A stretch of 64,000 nt of DNA from an uncultured Prevotellaceae bacterium. Lineage in GTDB: Bacteria; Bacteroidota; Bacteroidia; Bacteroidales; Muribaculaceae. The notes below the pieces were generated by a model that was not told the DNA's origin, searched no databases, and worked only from the letters and a program-made list of their open reading frames with translations. Shown here piece after piece: positions 1 to 10,488 of the stretch (positions are counted from its first letter, which is position 1; every line of letters begins with the position of its first letter). The translations under genes were made by a program, and so were the position numbers. The stretch covers positions 16,900 through 80,899 of the forward strand of contig CAMJJG010000005.1 in NCBI GenBank assembly GCA_946406035.1. The letters run 5' to 3'.

Positions 1-1848
1 GAACAGGAACATCAGCGGCATGAGGTACATCATCCACTTCATGCCAGGCATCGAGCTGGACGACGGTTGCGACTTGGTGGTGATCCAAGTGTACACGATG
101 TTGGTGGCCGTCATCAGCAGGCAGAACAGGCTCAGGTGGTTACCCAGCAGGCTCGACAGGATGGGGATGTTACCACCCCACTCCAGTATCTTGTCGGGAG
201 CGCTCAGGTCGTTGGCCCACAAGAAGGACTGGCCTCGCAGCTCGATACACGACGGGAAAAAGGTGAACATCGCGATCAGGATAGGCATCTGCAACAGCAT
301 GGGCAAACAGCCACCCATGGGGTTGGCTCCGGCCTGACGGTAGAGCTCCATGGTCTTCTGCTGCTTTTTAATGGCATCCTCCTGGTTGGGATACTGCTCA
401 TTGATCTTGGCAATATCAGGAGCCAGGATGCGCATCTTGGCCTGTGAGATATAGGTCTTGAACGTGAGCGGCGAGAGGATGAGCTTGATCAGGATCGTGA
501 GCACCAGGATGATGAGCCCATAGTTGCTCATGAACTTGCCCAGCCAGTGGAACACGGGAATAATCACGCCCGTGTTAATCCAGCGGAAGAATTTCCATCC
601 CAGCGGAATGAGGTGAGTGAGCTTGAGGTCCTCCTTGGGCGAGTACTTGTCATAGCTCGAGAGCATGTAGTAACGGTTTGGACCCAGGTAGAAGTAGAAC
701 GACGCCGGCACCTCCTTGTCGCTCGAGTAGGGCACCATCGTGTGGATTGTGGCGTCCTTGAGGTACTTCTCATAGTCGCGGGTGTCGTTGGTGACCACGC
801 TCTGGATCTGGGCCGACGAGAAGACGCTGTCGGCAATGAGAACGCTCGAGAAGAACTGATTCTTGGCGCTCACCCACTTGAGCTGCTCCTTGATTTCCTT
901 CTCCTCGCTGCTGCTCTCGCTCGTGTACTTCACGTCGCCGCCCTTGCCGGCATACTTATAGTATACACCGCTGTTGCGCTCCTCGAACTGCTTGCCGAAC
1001 TCGTGGCGCGAGATCTTCTGGTGCCAGTCCAGGTCCACAAGATTGATATTGAGCGGAATGATCTGTGACATGTGCTTCTGGACCATTTCCATGCGCACCA
1101 TGTAGCTGCCGGGCACCAGCGTGTACTTCAAGCCCCACTGGGCGCCGCCCTCGAGTTGCAGGTTCATGAGCACAGTGCTGTCGTTGAGCTTCTTGGGCTC
1201 GAAGTAGAAGTTCTTGGTCTCGAAGCGCTGGGTGTTGTTGCTCAGGGTGAAACTGTAGTCGTTGTCCCCCTTGTCAAACAGCAACAGCTGCGGCGAGTTA
1301 TAGGTCTTGTACCCCTTGAGCGTGGCCCGGGCGATGATGCCACCCTTGGTGCTGAGTTCTACCTTCAGGGAGTCGTTCTCGAGGGTAACCATCTGCTCGG
1401 TACCCGTCAACGAAGCGGCAAACGAGCCGTTCTTGGCATACATGTCGAGCGCCTTTTGAACGGCTTGCACCGCCAGATTGTGGGCAGCGGGATTAGTGCT
1501 CGTGGTCGCGGTGACCTCGTCCCATTGCAGGGTCGTGTCGCCCACGGTCACGGTGCCCGTGACGTTGCCATCCTTCAACGACAACATGACGCCCTCGTTG
1601 TTGATGACGGCATTGTCGGCAGGCATGCTCTCGAACACGCTGTACAGGTGTTTCATCTCGGTCGAGCTCAGTGTGTCCACGTTGCCCGCCACGATGTCGC
1701 GACGCTCTTGACTCTCTTGCACGGCGGCGATCGAGTCGAGTTGTCGCTGACGCTCGGCCATTTCGGCCTCGGTGGGTCTCTGAAGCCACATGAACCCGAA
1801 TATCACGAGTCCCATCAGCAACATTCCAATCAATGTATTCTTGTCCAT
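1..1848 (-). CDS. yidC: Membrane protein insertase YidC (3' end runs off the window)
   Basis: Read manually on the minus strand from ATG at 1848: MDKNTLIGMLLMGLVIFGFMW..., then YLGPN, LIPLGW, YGLIILVLTILIKLI, AGANPMGGCLPMLLQMPI and PDLSAPD, typical of Bacteroidetes YidC. Absent from the ORF track because there is no stop in the window. Confidence 0.95.
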   Translation of the reverse strand, partial: MDKNTLIGMLLMGLVIFGFMWLQRPTEAEMAERQRQLDSIAAVQESQERRDIVAGNVDTLSSTEMKHLYSVFESMPADNAVINNEGVMLSLKDGNVTGTVTVGDTTLQWDEVTATTSTNPAAHNLAVQAVQKALDMYAKNGSFAASLTGTEQMVTLENDSLKVELSTKGGIIARATLKGYKTYNSPQLLLFDKGDNDYSFTLSNNTQRFETKNFYFEPKKLNDSTVLMNLQLEGGAQWGLKYTLVPGSYMVRMEMVQKHMSQIIPLNINLVDLDWHQKISRHEFGKQFEERNSGVYYKYAGKGGDVKYTSESSSEEKEIKEQLKWVSAKNQFFSSVLIADSVFSSAQIQSVVTNDTRDYEKYLKDATIHTMVPYSSDKEVPASFYFYLGPNRYYMLSSYDKYSPKEDLKLTHLIPLGWKFFRWINTGVIIPVFHWLGKFMSNYGLIILVLTILIKLILSPLTFKTYISQAKMRILAPDIAKINEQYPNQEDAIKKQQKTMELYRQAGANPMGGCLPMLLQMPILIAMFTFFPSCIELRGQSFLWANDLSAPDKILEWGGNIPILSSLLGNHLSLFCLLMTATNIVYTWITTKSQPSSSSMPGMKWMMYLMPLMFLF

Positions 1849-1962
1849 ATTTCTTATATAGTTGTAATTTCTAGGCTGTTAGTGTTGAGTGGTTAAGTAT
1901 TTTGCGCTTGTGCCGGAGCCAGTTCCGGGCGATAGTATTGATTACTCAAAACGCCGTCATCA

Positions 1963-3624
<1,662 letters not shown>

Positions 3625-3678
3625 TTAACGTCGATAAACCCAAGCCAACCGCATCAAAAAAAAAGAGGAAATGATATT

Positions 3679-3890
3679 GCAGGCCAGAGGCCCGCACAAG
3701 GCCAGCGGCCTTGACTCGTGTTTTCCACATTGTGACACGCCAAGGGCGGCAAGCGACTCCAAGCAGGTCGAAGGCCTGCACAAGGCCAGCGGCCTTGAAT
3801 ATCCATAGCCCTAGGGCGCACTGGCCGAAGGTCAGTGTGGCCTAGGGGGCGCGGCGAACACACAGAGCGGGCCTCGTAGAGGGCCAATAG
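3679..3890. repeat. REP/REPIN-like multi-hairpin interspersed element (one and a half diverged copies of the 54.5-55.4 kb array unit)
   Basis: Contains CACAAGGCCAGCGGCCTTGA twice and GGGCGCACTGGCCGAAGGTCAGTGTGGCCT, both identical to the array core. Confidence 0.85.
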
Positions 3891-3967
3891 CGACAGCATC
3901 AGGTCTTTTTCTCATCAGCCCCGCTGGGTTTTGGGCCAGCCGCTATGTCATTGACACGATTTTTGTG

Positions 3968-3975
3968 TACCTTTG
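3968..3975 (+). promoter_or_regulatory. Bacteroidetes -7 promoter element, 4 nt before the ATG (probable leaderless transcript)
   Basis: TACCTTTG-CGGC-ATG matches the TAnnTTTG consensus. Confidence 0.65.
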
Positions 3976-3979
3976 CGGC

Positions 3980-5710
3980 ATGAAGCACTTGTTGTGGAGC
4001 ATAGTGGCGACGATGGCGGTGCTCGTGGCGGCAGTCACGGGCTGCGGGCGCGCGCCGCGCTATGACGCGCGGCTGGTGGCCATCGACAGCCTCATGCACG
4101 ACGCCCCCGACAGCGCCCTGGCCCTTGTCCAGGCCATCGGCACCCTGCCCGCCCCGGCCGACCGCGCCTACCGCGACCTGCTGCTCACCCAGGCCCGCTA
4201 CCGCTGCTATGTCACCGCCACCAGCGACAGCGACATCAACCGGGCCCTAGCCTACTACCGCGCCCACAGCGGCGAGCGCGAGAAGCTCACCCGGGCATTC
4301 ATCTACAAGGGCGCCGTCATGGACGAGCTGGGACACCCCGACAGCGCCATGCTCTACTACAAGCACGCCGAAGCCACCGCCGCCCCCGACGACTACTTCA
4401 ACCTGGGATACGCCAAAATGAGAATCGGTGCCCTTTACCAGAATCAGTTCTCACAAGATAGTTCAGCTTTAAATGTGCTTCGCGAAGCAAAGCATTATTT
4501 TGAGATTCTTCGCGACACAAATTATATTATTGTAACACTCGGTAAACTAGGAGCAATCAACGGTATCATAAGACCTGATTCCACCAAACTCTTTTTTAGA
4601 GAGGCTATCAACTTGGCTCAACAATACAATCCCTCACTTCAGTACACATACAAATCAAAACTTGCGGGACTATACATTCATGAAGAGAACTATAAACAGG
4701 CCAAACAACTCGCTATGGATGTCATGATCAATGGAGCCGAGTACTGTGGGGAGAATCAATTCTACTTTTATGCATGTGAGGCATACCTTAAATTAGGATT
4801 CCCAGACTCGGCAAAGCATATCTTGGGTATTCTCCCAAAACTTGAAAACCCTGTAGATAGCATGAATTATTATAACACTATGGCTGAACTTGCCCTTTGG
4901 GACGGCAATAACAACGAATATGGGAAATACACCGAGCTGTCTAAAAAAATAACAACAAGAATCCTGTTATCAAAGAAAGAAAGTGTACTTACACAAGCTA
5001 ATAGAGAATTTGATAATCTGCAACATGAAAAAAGATCGCATAAACTTAAAAATAGTTTTGGTCTATTTATACTGATAACAACATTAGTTATCTTACTATT
5101 TTTAGGTGTATTATGCAGGTTAAAATATAAACTCCATCGCTTTGAAATTGAAAAGTCCAACATCTTGCGGGAAATGGAAACGACCATGATGGAATTGGCT
5201 GACCTCAAAGAAAAGCAGGAACTCAACACCCATCAGGAAGAACCAGCCTTAAACCAAATATCCGAGCTTGTGGGGTACCGAATATCTGCCATCAACGAGT
5301 TGTACGACGCGATTAGGATAAAGACAAATGAGGCTAGCGATAAGAGGAAATCTGTCATGCCGCTTTCTGGCTTGCTGAAAGAACTTAACGAGAAAAAACA
5401 ACTGCTCGAAATAAACCTGAGCGAATCATTCTGGGACAAAATGAAGATGTCGGTTGACGGTGAATATAATGGCATAGTTACTTTTGTCCAGAGCCAATAT
5501 CCCGAGTTGACCGACAATGACATCAAGCTCTTCTGCCTGCTGTGCGCTAACATTTCTCCACAGATCATCAGGCTTTGCATGAATTACACCAGTGACAAAA
5601 CTTCCAGCACCTATCGCAATCGCATCATACAAAAAAAGATGGGACTGGACATGACGTTTGACCAATTCATCAGCCGCTACATGAAAGGCGATTTCAACGA
5701 CAAGAATTGA
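3980..5710 (+). CDS. Membrane-spanning one-component regulator (lipobox, TPR-like sensor, TM helix, C-terminal LuxR-like HTH)
   Basis: Lipobox AVTGC; helical TPR-like repeats (DSALAL, DSAMLYYKHA); TM FGLFILITTLVILLFLGVL; C-terminal YPELTDNDIKLFCLLCANIS...TYRNRIIQKKMG. Confidence 0.75.
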   Translation: MKHLLWSIVATMAVLVAAVTGCGRAPRYDARLVAIDSLMHDAPDSALALVQAIGTLPAPADRAYRDLLLTQARYRCYVTATSDSDINRALAYYRAHSGEREKLTRAFIYKGAVMDELGHPDSAMLYYKHAEATAAPDDYFNLGYAKMRIGALYQNQFSQDSSALNVLREAKHYFEILRDTNYIIVTLGKLGAINGIIRPDSTKLFFREAINLAQQYNPSLQYTYKSKLAGLYIHEENYKQAKQLAMDVMINGAEYCGENQFYFYACEAYLKLGFPDSAKHILGILPKLENPVDSMNYYNTMAELALWDGNNNEYGKYTELSKKITTRILLSKKESVLTQANREFDNLQHEKRSHKLKNSFGLFILITTLVILLFLGVLCRLKYKLHRFEIEKSNILREMETTMMELADLKEKQELNTHQEEPALNQISELVGYRISAINELYDAIRIKTNEASDKRKSVMPLSGLLKELNEKKQLLEINLSESFWDKMKMSVDGEYNGIVTFVQSQYPELTDNDIKLFCLLCANISPQIIRLCMNYTSDKTSSTYRNRIIQKKMGLDMTFDQFISRYMKGDFNDKN

Positions 5711-5830
5711 CATAAAATTTAGCCCCGAACGGCCCTGTCGACCATATAGTTTACTCAAATACCTGTAAACCAGTTGTTTATATCAGCAAAAATCGACCTG
5801 GTTTTTGATGCTTATTCCAAGTAAATGCAG

Positions 5831-5838
5831 TAAATTTG
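5831..5838 (+). promoter_or_regulatory. -7 promoter element for the two secreted paralogues
   Basis: TAAATTTG about 80 nt upstream of the 5917 ATG. Confidence 0.5.
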
Positions 5839-5916
5839 CAAATGCTTTAGACTAGAAAATTGATTTTTACACTTTATTGAATCCATAATTATTAACTTAT
5901 TAAAATGTTTTTGCTC

Positions 5917-6816
5917 ATGAAAAAGACTTTACTAATTTCAATTCTGGCCCTGCTGGGCATGACCCAAGCAGTGGCGCAGGATGCCTATCCTCTCCTGCCG
6001 ATGGTGCAGGAAGGGAAGAAGTGGGTGAACGAGAAAGTGGTCATCAATCACGGTGACACTGTGTATAATTACTATACCTACGAGATAACTGGCAAGGTCC
6101 AGAACATCTTATATCCACTCACAGAGAGCACGATGATATGTCAGTACTACGAAGGTGCATCCAGGGAAATGACAAACGATAGCATCATATGTTACCTAGA
6201 AGAAAATGATTTCTCTGATGTAGACTGTTTTTTTAATCTTGCGCTTGATAGAGTTGAGAATGAAGGTCGTAATTTGATTAAACGCATCGAATACGTGAGT
6301 TCAGAGCATAGAGAGGCGTTGTATTTTCTGAATCGCTGGCATCATTACTATCTACCCGATGGATTACCTGGGCTCTACATCGAGTATCAACTTGAGCCTT
6401 TTCTTACCGAAGAGAATTTCTACCAAGTTGAATCCATTGATATTGAGGGATATGATTGCCACCGTTATGCCCATGTTGATCAAGAGGGCAACATCATTTG
6501 CTATTTGGTCGAGGGCATCGGCTTTGACAGCCGTGACATGGGCGACCTGCTGACGCCATTCACCCGCAAGCCAGACCCCGATGCCGACTACCAGGAGTAC
6601 TGGGGATTGAGCCACGTCATCAAGGATGGCAAGATCATCTACAAGGGCATGAGATACAACGAGGATCACCTGAGCGCCGTGGGCGAGGTGGCTGCCGACA
6701 GCCAACGCGCTGGCGACGCCAACTACTACAACCTCATGGGCCAGCCCGTAGGCAAGGATGTGCCCACCACCCCGGGCATCTACATCCACCAGGGCAAAAA
6801 AATCATCGTCAGATAA
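5917..6816 (+). CDS. Secreted hypothetical protein with T9SS-like C-terminal sorting domain, paralogue 1
   Basis: Signal peptide MKKTLLISILALLGMTQAVA; C-terminus YYNLMGQPV...PGIYIHQGKKIIVR. Confidence 0.8.
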   Translation: MKKTLLISILALLGMTQAVAQDAYPLLPMVQEGKKWVNEKVVINHGDTVYNYYTYEITGKVQNILYPLTESTMICQYYEGASREMTNDSIICYLEENDFSDVDCFFNLALDRVENEGRNLIKRIEYVSSEHREALYFLNRWHHYYLPDGLPGLYIEYQLEPFLTEENFYQVESIDIEGYDCHRYAHVDQEGNIICYLVEGIGFDSRDMGDLLTPFTRKPDPDADYQEYWGLSHVIKDGKIIYKGMRYNEDHLSAVGEVAADSQRAGDANYYNLMGQPVGKDVPTTPGIYIHQGKKIIVR

Positions 6817-7740
6817 ATAACACTTTAAGACTATTCAAACATGAAAAAGACATTTTTTTTACTATTATTTGGTTTTCTAGGCATTTTGCAGGGTATGTCT
6901 TATCCGACACATTGCGTTCGTCTGGTAGAGGAAGGGATGAAATGGGTGAACGAGAAAGTCATCATCAATCATGGCGATACAACATATAGTTACTACACCT
7001 ATGAGATTACAGGCGAAGATGTGCCCGAAAAATATAGCCTTTTTAACCCCTCTGGCACGAAAGCTTGCCACTACTATACGGGGTCACAGATAGATCCAGA
7101 AAACGACAGCATTGTCAGTTATCTGATTCAGTGGGATTGGAACGTTGGTTACTCTCTCAATAGAGTTCAGGCAAAAACCGAAAGAGAGGGCCGCAATCTA
7201 TTGGAAGTGGTATGGTATATGACTGAACCCAACTTTTTCGGGACGACATATTACGACCTATATTATTGTCTCCCACCTGCAGATGTTAATATTGGTCAAT
7301 ACTTATTTCATCAAATCGATTCTGTATTGAATGAGGATAATTTCATTGAAGTTGATCCCGTTGAGATTGAGGGCGAAACCTGCCAGCGCTTAGCACACGT
7401 GAACGAGGAGGGCGAAGTCCTGTTCTACGTCGTTGAGGGGATCGGCTTTGACAGCCGAGACATGGGAGACTTGCTGTCGCCGTTTTTGCGTCAGCCCGAC
7501 CCCGATGCCGACTACCAGGAGTATTGGGGATTGAGCCACGTCATCAAGGATGGCAAGATCATCTACAAGGGCATGAGATACAACGAGGATCACCTGAGCG
7601 CCGTGGGCGAGGTGGCTGCCGACAGCCAACGCGCTGGCGACGCCAACTACTACAACCTCATGGGCCAGCCCGTAGGTAAGGATGTGCCCACCACATCAGG
7701 CATCTACATCCACCAGGGCAAGAAAATCATCGTCAGATAA
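6574..7740 (+). repeat. 243-bp direct repeat (6574-6816 and 7498-7740) forming the 3' ends of both paralogues
   Basis: Manual alignment gives 6 mismatches in 243 bp. Confidence 0.9.
6841..7740 (+). CDS. Secreted hypothetical protein with T9SS-like C-terminal sorting domain, paralogue 2
   Basis: Shares EGxKWVNEKVxINHGDT and EGIGFDSRDMGDLL...KIIVR with the upstream gene; central part divergent. Confidence 0.8.
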   Translation: MKKTFFLLLFGFLGILQGMSYPTHCVRLVEEGMKWVNEKVIINHGDTTYSYYTYEITGEDVPEKYSLFNPSGTKACHYYTGSQIDPENDSIVSYLIQWDWNVGYSLNRVQAKTEREGRNLLEVVWYMTEPNFFGTTYYDLYYCLPPADVNIGQYLFHQIDSVLNEDNFIEVDPVEIEGETCQRLAHVNEEGEVLFYVVEGIGFDSRDMGDLLSPFLRQPDPDADYQEYWGLSHVIKDGKIIYKGMRYNEDHLSAVGEVAADSQRAGDANYYNLMGQPVGKDVPTTSGIYIHQGKKIIVR

Positions 7741-7770
7741 CCCTAACCGCCCTAACCCGAAGGGAAAACG

Positions 7771-7803
7771 ACTGCCCGCAGGCCTTAAAAGCCCGCGGGC
7801 AGT
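7771..7803. terminator. Hairpin between convergent genes, probable bidirectional terminator
   Basis: ACTGCCCGCAGGC-loop-GCCCGCGGGCAGT. Confidence 0.7.
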
Positions 7804-7854
7804 AATTATTGGGTAGTCAGCAATGCCTCGCTGATGATGATTCCCCCCCTAGCG

Positions 7855-9219
7855 TCAATACACAACCTCTATCAGGCGGGGGTCATCGTTGCTGATCGAG
7901 GTGTAGCCATCGGCAATGGTGAGGACGCCCTCGACATCAAGGGCCTTGCCGTTGACGGCACAACTGTAGAACGAGCCGCCCTGGATGGTGCAGTCGGTGT
8001 CACACTTCACACCCTTGGGGGCGACAGACGTCTGCTTGCCCGTGCACACCACGTTTAACTCGCCGCCGCCGAACACCAGGGGCTGCGCCACGTTGATGCC
8101 CTTGGCATCATCGCCAGTGCTCTTGATGTTGAGCGTGCCGCCCGTCATGGTCATGTTATAGTCGCTCTTGACACCCGCAGCGCCCGTCGACACGGCATTG
8201 CCCATCTCGTCGGTCTCGAGCCGCGTCGTGCCCGTGTTAATAATCGTGGTGCGGCCTCCCGTGATATAGACCAGGCTATCGCAGTTGATGCCCTTGGCGC
8301 CATCGGCAGCAATCTCCATGTTGATGACGCCGCCCTTGATGTGCACATAGTCCTTACCCTTGATGCCGTGACCGCTCGTGCTGTTCAGGTAGAGCCGGCA
8401 GCCCGGGCGCACCAGAACATAGTCGTCGCTGGTGATGCAGTTCTTGCCCACGCTATACACGTTGAGCGTACCCTTGCCGCTGACCAGTATCTGCCCCTCG
8501 CTGAAGAGGGCCGCCTTCTGGTCCTCGGCATCGACCATCGAGTAGGTCGCGCCGTCGCGCAGGGTGTTCTCCGTGCCCTCGTTGACCACCAGATAGAGCG
8601 ACTTGCCGCACTGGTTGTTGATGGCAGCGCCATTGGGATTGGTGATGTCCACGCCATTGAGCTGCAGCTGGAACTTGCGCTCGCTATAGAACTTGATCGA
8701 TCCGTTGGCAGTGGTACCGGTCACGATATAGCGCACGCGCTTGGCCACGCTGGTGATCGTCACGTGGGCGCCGTCCACACTGGCGACGACCGTGGTGGGA
8801 TTGCCCGTCACGGTAGCCGTCTCGCCATTAAAGGCGATGTTAACCGTTGTCACCCACACGGTGTTTTCCACATAGTCGCCATAGTCCACCGCATCCTCGT
8901 CGTCGGGAATCGACTCGGCAGGCTCGGTCAAGGCGCTATAGTCCAGATTGATCTCACGCGGCGTCAACTCATCCTCGTCGCCACCGCCCAGGATGATGTC
9001 TATCACAATATTGATGTCACTGATGTTGACCTCGCCATCCTGGTTCACATCGGCCGCCGTGTTCGCGCCGCCGCTCAGGATCGCGTCGATCACGGCATTA
9101 ACGTCGGTAATGTTCACCTCGCCATCCAGGTTCACGTCCCCGGTCTTGGCTCCGGCGCCCAGTCCGACCATCATGGCCAATAAAACAAAACAAAATTTTC
9201 TCATAGTAGCTGTTTTCAT
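7855..9219 (-). CDS. Secreted dockerin-like domain + Cthe_2159/DUF4353-like beta-helix carbohydrate-binding domain protein
   Basis: Signal peptide; duplicated GDVNLDGEVNITDV / ADVNQDGEVNISDI Ca-binding loops; LNGVDITNPNGAAIN, KAALFSEGQI and GG-rich beta-helix repeats. Confidence 0.8.
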   Translation of the reverse strand: MKTATMRKFCFVLLAMMVGLGAGAKTGDVNLDGEVNITDVNAVIDAILSGGANTAADVNQDGEVNISDINIVIDIILGGGDEDELTPREINLDYSALTEPAESIPDDEDAVDYGDYVENTVWVTTVNIAFNGETATVTGNPTTVVASVDGAHVTITSVAKRVRYIVTGTTANGSIKFYSERKFQLQLNGVDITNPNGAAINNQCGKSLYLVVNEGTENTLRDGATYSMVDAEDQKAALFSEGQILVSGKGTLNVYSVGKNCITSDDYVLVRPGCRLYLNSTSGHGIKGKDYVHIKGGVINMEIAADGAKGINCDSLVYITGGRTTIINTGTTRLETDEMGNAVSTGAAGVKSDYNMTMTGGTLNIKSTGDDAKGINVAQPLVFGGGELNVVCTGKQTSVAPKGVKCDTDCTIQGGSFYSCAVNGKALDVEGVLTIADGYTSISNDDPRLIEVVY

Positions 9220-9240
9220 ATCGATTAAACATTATAATTC

Positions 9241-10461
9241 TCAATAAGCGATCGTCAGCGCCTTGGCTCCCGAGTCATAGGTCGTATAGCCAGGCGCAAC
9301 CGTCAGCGTCCCCGACACGTCCAGCGGGTCACTGCGGCGGCTGTAACTGTAGAAATACCCGCCGCCGATGCTCATGCTGCCGTCCACCTTCACGCCCTTG
9401 GGCTTCTTGACCTCTCTCGTGCCCGCGGCCACGGCCTGCAAGCTGCCGCCATCGAAGGCCACGTCCTGCTTGGCGTTGAGGCCCTTGCCGCCGTCGCCAG
9501 TGGCCTTGAGCTTGAGCGTGCCGCTGTTGACAACCAGCAGCGAGTCACAATACAGCGCGGCACAGGCGGCAGTGTCGGCCACGCCGTCAACCGTCTCGAT
9601 CCTGGTGTCGCCGCTGGCGATGGCCACCAGCCGGCCGCCGTTGACCTCCATCAGGCCACCACTGCGCATTCCCTTGGCGCCAGCACCCGTAGTCATGATG
9701 TTGATGGCGCCGCCGTCAACGATGATGCCGTCGTTGGCACGCAGGCCGTCGAGCGCGCTACTGCTAACGTTAATCTTCACTCCAGGACGAATGCGGATAT
9801 AGTCATCGCTGCGGATGCCTCCGCGACCCACGGCATTCACGTCGAGCCGGCCATGGCCGCTGAAGACGATCTGCCCCTCGCTGAAGAGGGCCGCCTTCTG
9901 GTCCTCGTCATCGACCAGGGTGTAATCGGTGCCATCCTGCAAGTGGTTGGTCGTACCCTGGGCCAGCACGACATACATCGTCTTGCCTCCCTGGTTGTTG
10001 ATGGCAGCACCCGTGGGATTGGTCATGTCAACGTTGTTGAGCATCAACTGCACGCGCTTGTCGCCATAGAGCTTCAACGAGCCATTGGCCGTCGAGCCGC
10101 TCACGACAATCTTTATCGGCCCCGACATGTTCAGCACCGTGGCATGGGCGCCACTAGTCTGCACGATAACCCCTGGCACCGCACCTGTCACCTCAACATC
10201 GTCGCCAGCGTATTTGAGCTCGATGACCTCGTTCCACGACGAGTTCTCAACATAGTCGTTATAGGCCTCATCATTCTCGTCGGTCACGGGCACGTCGGGC
10301 GCTTCGGCAAGGTCGCTGTAATCCAGTTCTATACTGGCTGGCTCGATCTGGTACTGGGCGATGATGTCGTCCATGTCGGTATCGTCATCCACACACGACA
10401 CCAGGCCCATGGCCATTGCCGTAAAAAGGACACTATATAATAAAAATAAAACCTTCTTCAT
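9241..10461 (-). CDS. Lipoprotein with Cthe_2159/DUF4353-like beta-helix domain
   Basis: Lipobox GLVSC followed by acidic VDDDTDMDD; paralogous to 7855-9219 (KAALFSEGQI, SDDYIRIRPG). Confidence 0.8.
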   Translation of the reverse strand: MKKVLFLLYSVLFTAMAMGLVSCVDDDTDMDDIIAQYQIEPASIELDYSDLAEAPDVPVTDENDEAYNDYVENSSWNEVIELKYAGDDVEVTGAVPGVIVQTSGAHATVLNMSGPIKIVVSGSTANGSLKLYGDKRVQLMLNNVDMTNPTGAAINNQGGKTMYVVLAQGTTNHLQDGTDYTLVDDEDQKAALFSEGQIVFSGHGRLDVNAVGRGGIRSDDYIRIRPGVKINVSSSALDGLRANDGIIVDGGAINIMTTGAGAKGMRSGGLMEVNGGRLVAIASGDTRIETVDGVADTAACAALYCDSLLVVNSGTLKLKATGDGGKGLNAKQDVAFDGGSLQAVAAGTREVKKPKGVKVDGSMSIGGGYFYSYSRRSDPLDVSGTLTVAPGYTTYDSGAKALTIAY

Positions 10462-10488
10462 AGTAGTATAAAGCATGCGGTATTATCG

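Noticed and set aside
6574-7740. Diversity-generating retroelement TR/VR pair
   Set aside because: The six differences are not adenine-specific (two synonymous C/T changes among them), both copies are coding, and no reverse transcriptase is present.
7741-7757. CCCTAA telomere-like pair
   Set aside because: Only two copies in an intergenic spacer; consistent with chance.
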